From: a virus
Taxonomy: Duplodnaviria > Caudoviricetes
Length of the DNA: 57,165 nucleotides
Strand: one strand, 5' to 3'
Virus record (IMG/VR): IMGVR_UViG_3300032087_006388
Span: 1 to 57,165 of that record
Below are positions 23,651 to 33,953 of the stretch, one piece after another. How positions within the stretch are numbered: the first letter of the stretch is position 1; every line of letters begins with the position of its first letter. Made by a program: the position numbers and the translations under genes. A model generated the notes under the pieces. It worked only from the letters and a program-made list of their open reading frames with translations, did not search any database and was not told the origin of the DNA.

Positions 23651-24540
23651 TTTGATAATTCTTCAATTAATTTATAATCATACCTGCAATAATTCTTGAA
23701 ACTATTTTGAGTACTTTGACTCAATTCATTCCATTTAAAATCTATTTTTTGGGAGGTTTTGTTTTTGCTTAAATTTAAATAAGAGTCGGGAACCATCTTA
23801 GTTGAAATACCATAACAGATTGAGAATATTTCATCAATAAAATCATGCAGGTTATTTTTGCCTAAAACATGACATCTTATGCCCCTTAATACCTTCAATG
23901 TATGATTGAAGTCATCATCTGTAATTAGAAGATCGTCATGCAATCCGCAGACAGATCTTATGACATAAGAATCCTCAACTGCATAACTTCTTAAATATGT
24001 TTCAATGGTTAAACCATCATAAATATTGTGAGTTTTTTCATGAATTGAATCACTTGATTGCAAGTAAGAGAATAAAGAAAGCGCTCTATCAAAAGGGTCT
24101 CTCAATATTGTAAAGTAACAAAGCTTTTTCTTTACAATTTTAGCAATATTATCTGCAAAGATGAAGTTATTTAAAAATGAATTACCTACTGGATCAAATG
24201 TAATAGAAAATAAATGCAAATTTTTACATTTTAAATTCTCAAAAAACACATCCTCAGAAATTCTGTCTACATGAGGATTTGATTCAACCTCTAACTTGAA
24301 GTCATTAGAATTTGCATGTATATTATTAGGGCTAATAACACAACAAGTAGACTGGCCACCACCTTTTAAGTCTACTATACATTTTCTGATTTGTTTATTT
24401 GTTGACACAGACTGCTTATCGAATTTTCCATTTTCGCAGTGGTAAAAATTATTAAATGTTTGCATCCAGCTTAGCATATATGTACCCGCATTTTTAGGTA
24501 TATGAATGTATACAGGTAGAAATATAGGGCTAGAAATCAT
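23647..24540 (-). CDS. sulfotransferase (Sulfotransfer_2 family)
   Basis: HIPKNAGT; RDPFDRALSLF; DYKL. Confidence 0.9.
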   Translation of the reverse strand: MISSPIFLPVYIHIPKNAGTYMLSWMQTFNNFYHCENGKFDKQSVSTNKQIRKCIVDLKGGGQSTCCVISPNNIHANSNDFKLEVESNPHVDRISEDVFFENLKCKNLHLFSITFDPVGNSFLNNFIFADNIAKIVKKKLCYFTILRDPFDRALSLFSYLQSSDSIHEKTHNIYDGLTIETYLRSYAVEDSYVIRSVCGLHDDLLITDDDFNHTLKVLRGIRCHVLGKNNLHDFIDEIFSICYGISTKMVPDSYLNLSKNKTSQKIDFKWNELSQSTQNSFKNYCRYDYKLIEELSK

Positions 24541-26408
24541 TTTATAAACATAGGTGTAAATGAAGGTTGAGTTTTTTCTTCATTCAAATTCATCATATCA
24601 TGATAAATTTTACTCATCCAATTTCCAAGAACTAATGCAGAATAACTATCTTTTCTTGCCTTATTGGGGCCCGTAGTTCTTTTTAATGTATCAGGAAGGT
24701 CAAAGGTTTGAGTGCCCTGAGAAGTGGTTTTAATTTGTATTAATGCACATTCAGCTTTCGTGAGATTAATCATATCATTCTGATGCTCCACAAAGTCTAT
24801 CATTAAAGAACCGCTATTTTGTTTTTCTTCTAGTTCTGCAGTATTGATAAACTTTAAATCGGTGATTGGTATTTTTTTTCGTATTTGATTGGTGTAAGAT
24901 TCATTAATCGCTCTAGAAGCAAATAAAATTCGCTTATGGTCAAAGTTTGCCTGAAGCAATTCGTTCGCAATACGAATCCAAGAACTTGTAGGCTTTCTTA
25001 AGATGCAATATTTATATTGATTTGGATCATACTCATTTCTTGCATTCCTTAGGTCATCTGAATAATTTTCTGGTCGTTCAAAATCAGAAGATAGCATCTT
25101 GATCGAAATTTGACTCTGCTTAAAGATTTGGCTTTCATTACATGCATTAATAAATTGAACTCCTCCATTATAATCCCCAACCATAGCTACAATATTAAAA
25201 TGTTTTATTAAATAATGAAAATATTTTATATGATGTTTAAGGTTAGTTCCAGCAAGTGCATAGCTATGAACAAGGGTGCTAATTCCGCTCTCTTTATTTA
25301 ATTTAAAAACTTGGATAGCGAAATCATCTGAACTTTCTGACTCGGCCCAACTTGGGTCAAAGGCAAGCAAATACTGATCTCCAGGGTTACCCGAAACTTC
25401 CACAGAAGGTGCGTCTCCATCAGGTATTGTACATGCAGCCATCCTTGATGTTTTAAAGTAACCAGAACTATCATCTGTGAAAATTGCTCCAAACTCTCTA
25501 TCGAACTGAGATTGACTCATTGTGGCTTTTGATTGCATGATCAAATTTTCATCATATAACTTCTTAGGGGCACAATCATAACTAAACTGCATAATGCATC
25601 TAGTAGCATTGCCATCTTCTTCTATTTTTTTGTCAATCAGGAGTTCGAATTGTTCATATAGCTTATACAAATATTCAAATTTATAACTAGCAGAAGACAA
25701 GGCTATAAGTTTATTATTTGGCCACACGTACCTATCTTCTTCTTTCATTTTGCCTTTTTCTATTAATTCACTCTCTATATTATAAAGCCTTTCTCTTTCA
25801 ACAGGATTTTCTACAACAGAAAGAAATGGCACAATAACTTCGTTATAAATTCTTTCGGGCATCAACAGAAATTCGTCAATTATTATTCTATGAAATCTAA
25901 ATCCACGCAATTTTGATCCGTCACCAAGAGGCAGTGCTCTTATCCGCGATGAGCCGATTTCCATTAACCATTCATCATTGCTTTTTGACTTGTGAGTAAT
26001 GCATTGGGCTAAAAGACTTGCCTCTGGTTTTGCGGCTATATCTTCTATTTTTTTAAAAATCATTTTAGACTGCCTAAATGATTTTGATAGAATACCTATT
26101 TCAACCCCTTGGTTTAAAATGGCATCTAAAAAAGCATAAATGCCTGTGGTGAAAGATTTAGACATACCTCGTGACCATACCCCTAATGTATAGTCAGTCT
26201 CAAACATTGCCTTTATTGCCATATGTTGAAACGGGAATAATTCAACACCCGCTATAAGGCTAGTAGTGAATGTAATATTTTCTTTTAAAAATTTATAGAG
26301 AAGCACCTTGGCCTCTTCTTCGTCTTCAATGTATCCTTGAATCTTGGAAAGTTCTTCGTTGAATTTTTCCTTTTTTTTTCTGGATTGAAGACCTTCTTCC
26401 CAGCTCAT
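24537..26408 (-). CDS. terL: terminase large subunit
   Basis: Q motif LFPFQ, Walker A SRGMSKS, LRGFR-IIIDEF Walker B, motif III LSSA, RNase H-like AFDPS..D and KDSYSA. Confidence 0.93.
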   Translation of the reverse strand: MSWEEGLQSRKKKEKFNEELSKIQGYIEDEEEAKVLLYKFLKENITFTTSLIAGVELFPFQHMAIKAMFETDYTLGVWSRGMSKSFTTGIYAFLDAILNQGVEIGILSKSFRQSKMIFKKIEDIAAKPEASLLAQCITHKSKSNDEWLMEIGSSRIRALPLGDGSKLRGFRFHRIIIDEFLLMPERIYNEVIVPFLSVVENPVERERLYNIESELIEKGKMKEEDRYVWPNNKLIALSSASYKFEYLYKLYEQFELLIDKKIEEDGNATRCIMQFSYDCAPKKLYDENLIMQSKATMSQSQFDREFGAIFTDDSSGYFKTSRMAACTIPDGDAPSVEVSGNPGDQYLLAFDPSWAESESSDDFAIQVFKLNKESGISTLVHSYALAGTNLKHHIKYFHYLIKHFNIVAMVGDYNGGVQFINACNESQIFKQSQISIKMLSSDFERPENYSDDLRNARNEYDPNQYKYCILRKPTSSWIRIANELLQANFDHKRILFASRAINESYTNQIRKKIPITDLKFINTAELEEKQNSGSLMIDFVEHQNDMINLTKAECALIQIKTTSQGTQTFDLPDTLKRTTGPNKARKDSYSALVLGNWMSKIYHDMMNLNEEKTQPSFTPMFIK

Positions 26409-26773
26409 TATTCTCTATATATGCGTTTCCATGTAAAATGCTCAGGATCTACTTCGTTAACTAAGAATTCTAAAAATTCATTAGTTTTAAATCCAATACA
26501 TGAATGTATATTTAAATAAGCATTTTTTGTTTTTTGAACAAAATGACCTGTGATTAAAATGTTCTGACCTTCATGAACTACACGAAATCCTTTCATGTCT
26601 TCATTATGTTTTCCGAATTCAGTGACGACACCCATAACCTCTGTGTTAGGATCTAATTTTTCGTTTATTTTTTGAGCTAAATTTTTTATAGCTTTATCTT
26701 TAAAGAAAGAAGCTTTTATATTTTTTAGATCTACACAAAGGTCTATAGACCATAAGGTTTTATTTTCTTTCAT
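26408..26773 (-). CDS. S-adenosylmethionine decarboxylase-like protein, probably inactive
   Basis: FG..GF..ITGHF..AYLNIHSC pattern; self-cleavage E-x-S replaced by GQNI. Confidence 0.7.
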   Translation of the reverse strand: MKENKTLWSIDLCVDLKNIKASFFKDKAIKNLAQKINEKLDPNTEVMGVVTEFGKHNEDMKGFRVVHEGQNILITGHFVQKTKNAYLNIHSCIGFKTNEFLEFLVNEVDPEHFTWKRIYRE

Positions 26774-27692
26774 AATGTTTGTTTAAAAAATATTGCACAT
26801 CTACTTTCCATAGTTTTTTCCCATAGAATAATATTCGAGGAATCATATTTTTCAACTCAGAACGATTATTTAAAAATAAAATCTGCAAGCAATCTTGATA
26901 GTTTTGTGCCAAAACTTTTGTGTTATGCCAAATGTATGGCATCTTGGATTTATGCGGAGAAAATAGATTATTTTTATTTATAGATTCTATACTGCTTTCT
27001 ACAGCCATAAAGATATAAGAGTTGAAACTGCGAGCCCTATCAAGTTCTCGCTTAAATCTATCAAAATTATTCCCACTCATTGTGGACTTAAAGTCCTGCT
27101 CACTTTTTCTGTCAATAAAAGTGTAATCGTACAGTTCTCCGCCTACGGCATAATCTCCAAAATCAAGCTTCATAATTTGAGAATTTTTATATTTTATAGG
27201 CTTCTGCTCTCTACTGTCAATAAAAATATTAAACTCATCATTGTACTCAAAATCAAAAAAATCGCTTGGGATAGGTTTAGAAAAATTAAAATTTAAATTT
27301 AAATTTTTACAGTAAGAAACATAACTTTTAAAAAAATATTTGTATAAATTTATGTCAGGAAGACTTGACAAATTTAATTCGATAGAACATAAAGCATTTT
27401 TTATTTGCTTTTCTTTTATTCTTTTTTTATATAAATTATCTATGTAATCAGCGGCGACATTATTATCGGTGGTCATCAGCCATTCGTTCATTTCTTCATC
27501 GCTTGAAAAATTTGTATCAAAATAGTCTTTTATATTTTTGAATTTTATTTTTTTGTTATAAAGTTTTGAAAATCTAGGGTAGAATTTCTCATAATATTTT
27601 TTTTGAGAGATTTTATGAGTTCGTGAAAGGTGAGCGTGCAAACCCTTATGCGAAGAAAAAGATTTATCACAAAGTTTGCATTCGAGATTCAT
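26760..27692 (-). CDS. C2H2 zinc finger plus ERCC4/XPF-like nuclease
   Basis: CKLC..HLSRTH; DSREQKP, GDY, IDRKS, RFKRELDR. Confidence 0.8.
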   Translation of the reverse strand: MNLECKLCDKSFSSHKGLHAHLSRTHKISQKKYYEKFYPRFSKLYNKKIKFKNIKDYFDTNFSSDEEMNEWLMTTDNNVAADYIDNLYKKRIKEKQIKNALCSIELNLSSLPDINLYKYFFKSYVSYCKNLNLNFNFSKPIPSDFFDFEYNDEFNIFIDSREQKPIKYKNSQIMKLDFGDYAVGGELYDYTFIDRKSEQDFKSTMSGNNFDRFKRELDRARSFNSYIFMAVESSIESINKNNLFSPHKSKMPYIWHNTKVLAQNYQDCLQILFLNNRSELKNMIPRILFYGKKLWKVDVQYFLNKHYERK

Positions 27693-28747
27693 TATATGAC
27701 ATCTTCCCTCCTTAATCCCATAACTCTTGCCTTCCAGGAGTCCATAGTTTCAAGTCTGTCCGCCTCGTTTTCTACGAGTATCTTTTGTTTTTCAGCAATG
27801 TCTATCATTCTTTGCCTTTCTTCGAATTCTTGAAATGATTGTACTATATTTAAAACAGAGGCGAATTGGCCCTCCCTATTCTTCATTCTAACAGCTCTGT
27901 CTCCATTTAATTTTTTAATCAAGGACTCCTGCCTTTGTTCGCATTGATGATATTCCGCACTTTTGGCTTTTAATATCTCAGCTAACTTTACAGACATTTC
28001 TGTTTGGTCTTCACACGAATCAAACATTGCGTTTAATTTTTCCATGTTTTTTTGAATGGTTTTTAAGTTGATATAATCAACGCAAACATTGATATAAAGA
28101 TTTACTTCATCTACTGTAAGATCAGGCTTGTTCCATATGGCTCTAATAAATTCTGACTCAAATAAAATGGCGTCTTCATTATTATAGGTATTCATTAAGC
28201 TTATAAACCTTGGAGAAGATAAGCATTTTTTTAAATTTTCTACACAATCCTTTTCGTTCTTTTTTAAGTTCGAAATATCTGGGCCGATGTCAGCTTGCGC
28301 ATGATCATTTATTTTTTTTATTACTTTAACATCTGACTTGGGTGGACAATATAAATCTTTTTCGACCTCTTTATCAAAAGTGGGTTTGACAAAGTCTGGA
28401 GAATTTGTTTTAAGAAAATCAGCCACAGTTCTTTGCTCCATACTTAAATTTTTAACATTCCTGTCTTGAAATATTAATTGGGCTATTTGAAGGCTGTTAA
28501 GATCATCCATTGCATATTCTTTGATCAGATTTTCTTGATCTTCTGTAAGGGTAATTTTAGCTACTTTTTTGTGAACTTTGGTTTTGTAGCCATACCCTTT
28601 TTCGAGCATGTATGAAGCAACAGCCTTGCCTTCTTTGTTTCTACCATCTAGAGAGTCGTCATTAAATAAAGACCTTGTTAACTGATCAATATCTGGTATG
28701 TGAAGATAATTTTTATCAATAAAATCTTTTTGAGCGTCATTTAACAT
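27692..28747 (-). CDS. hypothetical protein, candidate terminase small subunit or DNA-binding protein
   Basis: 351 aa; HTH-like N-terminus, coiled-coil C-terminus; upstream of terL. Confidence 0.55.
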   Translation of the reverse strand: MLNDAQKDFIDKNYLHIPDIDQLTRSLFNDDSLDGRNKEGKAVASYMLEKGYGYKTKVHKKVAKITLTEDQENLIKEYAMDDLNSLQIAQLIFQDRNVKNLSMEQRTVADFLKTNSPDFVKPTFDKEVEKDLYCPPKSDVKVIKKINDHAQADIGPDISNLKKNEKDCVENLKKCLSSPRFISLMNTYNNEDAILFESEFIRAIWNKPDLTVDEVNLYINVCVDYINLKTIQKNMEKLNAMFDSCEDQTEMSVKLAEILKAKSAEYHQCEQRQESLIKKLNGDRAVRMKNREGQFASVLNIVQSFQEFEERQRMIDIAEKQKILVENEADRLETMDSWKARVMGLRREDVI

Positions 28748-28749
28748 AA

Positions 28750-29451
28750 TTAATGTAATATATCCTTTTTCTCAATTAAATTTGAAATTATTTTCTTGTA
28801 TTTAACTTTTAAATTTTTAATCTGTTTGTATCCAGCTTTTCTCCCCTTTTCTGTAGTCTTATAGCCAAGTGATTCAGCAACTTCTTCTTCTCCCATTTCA
28901 TCTATAAATAACATTTTGTATATTAAATACTGTTTCTCTGTCAAATTCTCTTTGAGAAGTTTATTGATTTTTTGAACAAAAAAATCTATATTATCAATGC
29001 TGTTTTCATTCTCTACTCGACTATTTCCTGCCGCATCAATAGAAACTGGTATTTTTATATTGCAAGCGTACTTTTTTGATTTTTCCCATTTTTTATATAA
29101 TGGACAGCTTTTGTCCTGGATTCCACTTTTTGTCCAATCGCAAGATATATCCTCTTCTGCATAACCAGTATTAAAGGGGCATCCTACGCATGGTTTTACA
29201 AAGCTATGATAATGGTTTCTTAATAAATTTTTAAGTTGATTTGTTATTAATTTATTTACCCAAGGTAAAAGAGGTCTCGATTGGTCCCATTGATCCCATT
29301 TTTTATGTATATGAACGGCTATTATTTGCGAAACATCTTCAAAGTCCATCCAGCAAATGGAGGTTAATCTCCATTTGTTTTTTCTTTTTTTTATCTCAAT
29401 AGATATATCTTCATACATGTCTTCAAAAGACAATTTCTTGTCTTCTCTCAT
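28750..29451 (-). CDS. phage-encoded RNA polymerase sigma factor-like protein
   Basis: region 2-like DFEDVSQII..KWDQWD..PWVNKLITNQLKNLLR; Cys4 insert; region 4-like LTEKQ..EEVAESLGY. Confidence 0.75.
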   Translation of the reverse strand: MREDKKLSFEDMYEDISIEIKKRKNKWRLTSICWMDFEDVSQIIAVHIHKKWDQWDQSRPLLPWVNKLITNQLKNLLRNHYHSFVKPCVGCPFNTGYAEEDISCDWTKSGIQDKSCPLYKKWEKSKKYACNIKIPVSIDAAGNSRVENENSIDNIDFFVQKINKLLKENLTEKQYLIYKMLFIDEMGEEEVAESLGYKTTEKGRKAGYKQIKNLKVKYKKIISNLIEKKDILH

Positions 29452-29454
29452 GAT

Positions 29455-29700
29455 TTATGAATCTATAAGATCAGAACCTTTGTATTTGTTTTTTTCGTAT
29501 TCTACTTCATATTCAAGATTTCTTATTCTAGGAACATGTGTAGAATCAGAAGAAGATTCATCCGCAAATGATTGCGGATTTGCATTTGGAGCAGTAGAGC
29601 TAACTCCCCCAAAGGGAGTTCCGCATGATGAACAAAAAGAAGGTCTACGAGAAGTGAATTCATTTTTGAATCCACAATTAGGACAGTATATTTTACCCAT
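29455..29700 (-). CDS. zinc-ribbon protein
   Basis: CPNCG..FCSSCG. Confidence 0.8.
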   Translation of the reverse strand: MGKIYCPNCGFKNEFTSRRPSFCSSCGTPFGGVSSTAPNANPQSFADESSSDSTHVPRIRNLEYEVEYEKNKYKGSDLIDS

Positions 29701-30010
29701 ATATTAACCTTTCTATTGATTTAGTTAAAGTGTTCATTTTGGATTCATCAAATTCATTTAAATTTAAATTTTCAGCCCAATCTATAGAATAGTCTATATT
29801 AATTTTAGATTCATTTTTATTAAAACTAGCAGAAGCCTTGTCGTTTTTTAAAGGTTTATTTTTTATATAAAGTTTAATTGTATGGAAGTTTGGATTAGAA
29901 ATGATTTCAAGCAATTCTTTTTGTTTATTTTTTGATTTAAATTTTAAAACAAAAAATGTTGATAGAATAGTTGTTACAGAAGAGATTAGAGCTATAATTA
30001 TTTCTGTCAT
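29693..30010 (-). CDS. membrane-anchored hypothetical protein
   Basis: N-terminal TM helix followed by basic residues; GTGTA motif upstream. Confidence 0.7.
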   Translation of the reverse strand: MTEIIIALISSVTTILSTFFVLKFKSKNKQKELLEIISNPNFHTIKLYIKNKPLKNDKASASFNKNESKINIDYSIDWAENLNLNEFDESKMNTLTKSIERLIYG

Positions 30011-30061
30011 TTAATATACACTAAATAGTATAAATTTAATAATGTATATTTCTATATTTTT

Positions 30062-31285
30062 TTATTTTTTTAAAAATTTTTCCAATTCATATTTTTTATC
30101 CCAATCTACATTACCATCTTGATCTATATAAGGAGGGGTTTCTTTATCGCAAGATTTCAAGAAAACTGCCACAAGAAATATTAAAAAACCCATCGATAAT
30201 GCAGCTATCCATGCAAAATATTTCTTAAACCAATGTGGCTCAGGTTTAGGCTCAGGTTTGGGCTCTGGTTTAGGATCAGGTTTGGGTTCAGGTTTGGGCT
30301 CTGGTTTAGGATCAGGTTTGGGTTCAGGTTTGGGTTCAGGTTTAGGATCAGGCTTGGGCTCAGGCTTGGGCTCAGGTTTGGGTTCGGGGTCCGAAACATT
30401 TATAACCATTTGGTCTGCGTCAATAATTCCGTAACCCCAGTCATTATCTTTGCCAGGAGCCCCCATTTCATCGGCAGTTGTTTTTATTAATTCTCTAATT
30501 TCCTCAACAGATAATTTTATTTTTTCTTTTTTGTTTTTTGATATTAATAAAGCTACAACTCCCGCCACAAAAGGACATGCCATGGAAGTACCACTTAGCT
30601 TTGCATAAGATTTGTTTGTATATGTGCTAAGAATAGAAACTCCAGGAGCGGCAATTTCAACCTGTTTACCTCTCGAAGAGAAATACGCTATCTTTTTATT
30701 TTGAGAGTATGCAGCAACTGCAATACATTCATCAAAAGCAGCTGGATAATTTACGCCAGAGAGACCGCTGTTTCCTGCCGCGCAAATAACTGGAATATTT
30801 TTCAGGTAAGCCTTTCTGATAGCTTCTTGTATTTCTGGACTAGGACTTGGCGAACCAAGAGACATGCTAATTAAATCAACATTTTGGGATATGCAATAAT
30901 AAATAGCCTCAGATATCCCCTTGCTGCTTCCACTGCCTTGATTACTTAAACCTTTAACACATAAGCATTTTGCTTTGGGTGCAACTCCAACCACTCCGAA
31001 CTCGTTATTTTTAGCACATATAATGCCCACGCAATGAGTTTGGTGTCCATGTTTATCTAATATAGATTCATTACTTATAAAACTTTTGCCCTCTATTAAA
31101 TTACCTTCGAGATCAGGATGTTCAGGCAAACCAGTATCTATGACACCAATTATGGTATCCTCTCCCATAGTTTCCTTCCATATAGATGGAATATTTAAAG
31201 AAGATATTCCCCAGTCTTGAGATTGACTATATGTTGAAAAAGTTTCTTCAACGACAAATTCTGGCAATTTATATTCATTTTTCAT
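30062..31285 (-). CDS. subtilisin-like serine protease (S8) with PEPK linker and C-terminal TM
   Basis: [26 protein letters not shown]. Confidence 0.93.
   Translation of the reverse strand: MKNEYKLPEFVVEETFSTYSQSQDWGISSLNIPSIWKETMGEDTIIGVIDTGLPEHPDLEGNLIEGKSFISNESILDKHGHQTHCVGIICAKNNEFGVVGVAPKAKCLCVKGLSNQGSGSSKGISEAIYYCISQNVDLISMSLGSPSPSPEIQEAIRKAYLKNIPVICAAGNSGLSGVNYPAAFDECIAVAAYSQNKKIAYFSSRGKQVEIAAPGVSILSTYTNKSYAKLSGTSMACPFVAGVVALLISKNKKEKIKLSVEEIRELIKTTADEMGAPGKDNDWGYGIIDADQMVINVSDPEPKPEPKPEPKPDPKPEPKPEPKPDPKPEPKPEPKPDPKPEPKPEPKPEPHWFKKYFAWIAALSMGFLIFLVAVFLKSCDKETPPYIDQDGNVDWDKKYELEKFLKK
30237..30391 (-). repeat. 12-bp coding tandem repeat, (P-E/D-P-K) x12 plus partial
   Basis: GGTTTRGGYTCA-type units with 36-bp higher-order period. 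Confidence 0.9.
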
Positions 31286-32000
31286 TTTTGTGATTACTTA
31301 ATTTTTTAATTATAAACTTTAAGATTTTACTTCTTTTAATATCTGATATATTAAATCGAAAACAATGAATCCCAGATTCTTCGCTTTCACTGTCGTCGAA
31401 TAAATCCATCATATCACCAAAACCACTTCTTCCATTAATATCACTTTGAAGCAGGTCTCCACAAATAAAAAGTTTGCAGTTTTCGCCTATTCTAGTTACT
31501 AAGGTTGTAAGTTCTTTAAATGTTGCATTTTGAGCTTCGTCCATTATGATAATTTTGTCTTTCCATGAAACTCCCCTAAGGAAATTTATGGGCATTGCCT
31601 CAACCCTGCCGCTTTCAATCAATTCTTTTTTGGAGGTATTGTTCCTTGGTAAAACTTCGTCAAGTTTTTCAATCAAAGGTATCATATAGGGGTTAAATTT
31701 TTCATTTAAGTCTCCAGGTAAAGCTCCCAGACCTTTTTCAGCACTCTCAATAATAGTCCTTACATATATTAGATCAAGTTCTGCACTAGAGGAAAGCATT
31801 CTTAGGGCACTGTATACAGATATGAATGTTTTAGAACTTCCCGCAGGGCCAGAAATAAACATTATTTTCGTATTTTCATCTGATGCTATATCATAAAATT
31901 TTTTCTGTTTCTCTGTGAATGAAACTTTGTTTAGATGAAACTTGTCGACGTTAGAATTTAAAATTAAGCTTTCGTTTTTTTTAGTTCTTTTTTTATTCAT
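31275..32000 (-). CDS. phoH: PhoH-family ATPase
   Basis: [31 protein letters not shown], GDxxQSD. Confidence 0.95.
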   Translation of the reverse strand: MNKKRTKKNESLILNSNVDKFHLNKVSFTEKQKKFYDIASDENTKIMFISGPAGSSKTFISVYSALRMLSSSAELDLIYVRTIIESAEKGLGALPGDLNEKFNPYMIPLIEKLDEVLPRNNTSKKELIESGRVEAMPINFLRGVSWKDKIIIMDEAQNATFKELTTLVTRIGENCKLFICGDLLQSDINGRSGFGDMMDLFDDSESEESGIHCFRFNISDIKRSKILKFIIKKLSNHKNEK

Positions 32001-32071
32001 TAAATAAATTATTGTTACTCAAATAGACTTTTGAGTTAAAGACTGTAATATATTTATATTACACATGATAT

Positions 32072-33127
32072 ATGAATATAATAGGCAAAACAGAAGAAAA
32101 TTACAACGAAAAAGAAGTTATTAAAAATCTGAACGAAGTCAAAAAAAATTATTCAAAAAAACCTAATTTCAAAAAAGAATCTTTAATATTTGATCACGAA
32201 ACAGCTGTGAGAGTATGGAAAAATGAAACGAAAAGTTCCAGTGTTTTATCAATTTCATTAGAGCAAAAATGGAGAAGAACTCCAACAGGAATAGGTTTTT
32301 TTGATAATGTTTGTATTTTAAATTTAAAATTTAACAAAACATTTTCTCATTGCTGGACTGACTCTTTAAGAACTCTATTAAAGTTCGATGCGGAATCCAA
32401 TTACGATGCAATATTTGTTCCGAAAACAAAACAATTTGACGAATTAATTCATAGCATAAAAATTAAATTTAAAAAAATAATTTTTATTTCAAATTCAGAA
32501 TGTTTTTTTGCAAAAAAAATAACATTCGAACTTGAAGGTGTGTTCAGGAGAAATATCAATGATGTAAAAAGAATTAAAAATTTGGTTGATTCAATCGGTG
32601 AGCCTTGTCAGGCAAGGTTCTTCTTATATTGCACAAGAAACAAGGGTGGAAATGCTTCGAATGGAAGATTAATGAAAGAAGATAACGAGGAGAAAATAAT
32701 AAATTTATCTAAAGAGTATTGTGAAAATCAAAATTTGATTTTTAAAATATTTGATGGAAATAATGGGAGAGGCGAGAAAATGAGTATAAGACAACAAATA
32801 GATGTCTTCAAAAAGGCCAAGGTAGTTGTTGGGCCACATGGAGGTGCATTTTCTAATATAATATCTATGCAAAAAGATCGGGATGCTGTCGTGTGCGAAT
32901 TTACGAGTGGATCAAACACGTGCCTTCAAGACATTGCTCATTTCGGAAAAAACTATAATCAAATATTAGGGTTTTTACCTGAAACCTATTTAAATTACTA
33001 TCTTATACCTTTCGAAAGCGGATCAAATCAAGAAAGAACATTTATAGATATAAATAATTATAGAAAATTCTTGGAAGATATAAAGATTAATTCAATGAAT
33101 TTAAAAACTCAAAAAACTATTTCTTAG
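32072..33127 (+). CDS. glycosyltransferase family 61-like protein
   Basis: FSHCWTD; MSIRQQIDVFKKAKVVVGPHGGAFSN. Confidence 0.85.
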   Translation: MNIIGKTEENYNEKEVIKNLNEVKKNYSKKPNFKKESLIFDHETAVRVWKNETKSSSVLSISLEQKWRRTPTGIGFFDNVCILNLKFNKTFSHCWTDSLRTLLKFDAESNYDAIFVPKTKQFDELIHSIKIKFKKIIFISNSECFFAKKITFELEGVFRRNINDVKRIKNLVDSIGEPCQARFFLYCTRNKGGNASNGRLMKEDNEEKIINLSKEYCENQNLIFKIFDGNNGRGEKMSIRQQIDVFKKAKVVVGPHGGAFSNIISMQKDRDAVVCEFTSGSNTCLQDIAHFGKNYNQILGFLPETYLNYYLIPFESGSNQERTFIDINNYRKFLEDIKINSMNLKTQKTIS

Positions 33128-33666
33128 GTTTTTTTCATTTGATTAATTATATTCGATATAATCAAATTTCTATTTTTGTTGTTTTCATGGTACCAAAGCC
33201 AGTGGACAGAGCCTCTTATCTCATTTATTTCAGCCTCCAGATCTTCCAGGTTTTTCTCTAGCATATCGAGATGAGAAATTGTTAGTTCATCAATATCGAC
33301 AGATTCTTTTTTTCCTATATCAATAATTGTTGCTAAATCCCCAGAATCTTTCGCTTCAATTAATTTATTAAAAACTTCATGCGAATCTGACTTAGTTGCA
33401 TCTGGGTGGCATTGCTTAGCCACATTTCGAAACGCTTTTTTGAATTCATCTTCATCGACAATTGAATCTTTTTTTTTGTGTTTTTTGGGTTTAGCTGAAA
33501 ACGGGCTTTCTAGTCCCAGTTTATTAACTTCTATCATTAATGAATCATAAAAACATTTAAAAGCAATTTTTTCTATTTTTTTAAGCTCAGATAGCTCTTG
33601 AGAACATTTTTTCCAATTGAATCTTAATTTGTTGTAAGAATTGTTTATGTAATTATTTATTACCAT
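33124..33666 (-). CDS. J-domain (DnaJ-like) protein
   Basis: FKKAFRNVAKQCHPD. Confidence 0.8.
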   Translation of the reverse strand: MVINNYINNSYNKLRFNWKKCSQELSELKKIEKIAFKCFYDSLMIEVNKLGLESPFSAKPKKHKKKDSIVDEDEFKKAFRNVAKQCHPDATKSDSHEVFNKLIEAKDSGDLATIIDIGKKESVDIDELTISHLDMLEKNLEDLEAEINEIRGSVHWLWYHENNKNRNLIISNIINQMKKT

Positions 33667-33874
33667 TTTTTTTCATCAATAGGCATAGTGTTAATGTGAA
33701 TATAATAATCCCAAAGGTAGACGCAATTGGAGTTTTATAGTTATATGTTTTTGCCTCAAAATTTTGATCAAATCTATCATTTTCTTTAATTTTTGCAATA
33801 TTTGGTTTTGGGATAGAATTGCAACCAAGCATTAATGCAAATACGATTAATAAAAAAGATTTATGGAATTTCAT
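33653..33874 (-). CDS. small lipoprotein with C-terminal TM
   Basis: MLG-C lipobox; hydrophobic C-terminal helix; GTGTA upstream. Confidence 0.65.
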   Translation of the reverse strand: MKFHKSFLLIVFALMLGCNSIPKPNIAKIKENDRFDQNFEAKTYNYKTPIASTFGIIIFTLTLCLLMKKNGNK

Positions 33875-33953
33875 ACAAAAAATATATACACCCTTTTTTT
33901 AAAAAAAAAAACAGAATTAAAAACCTAACCGTGTAATACATTAGTAGGATACT

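Noticed and set aside
30205-30490. Alternative-frame ORFs with LNLNP or FGFR repeats; possible CRISPR-like array
   Set aside because: shadows of the 12-bp PEPK coding repeat; no unique spacers, so not a CRISPR array
33894-33911. T7-A11 inverted homopolymer between divergent genes
   Set aside because: simple A/T tract between two GTGTA promoters; no GC stem, not a terminator
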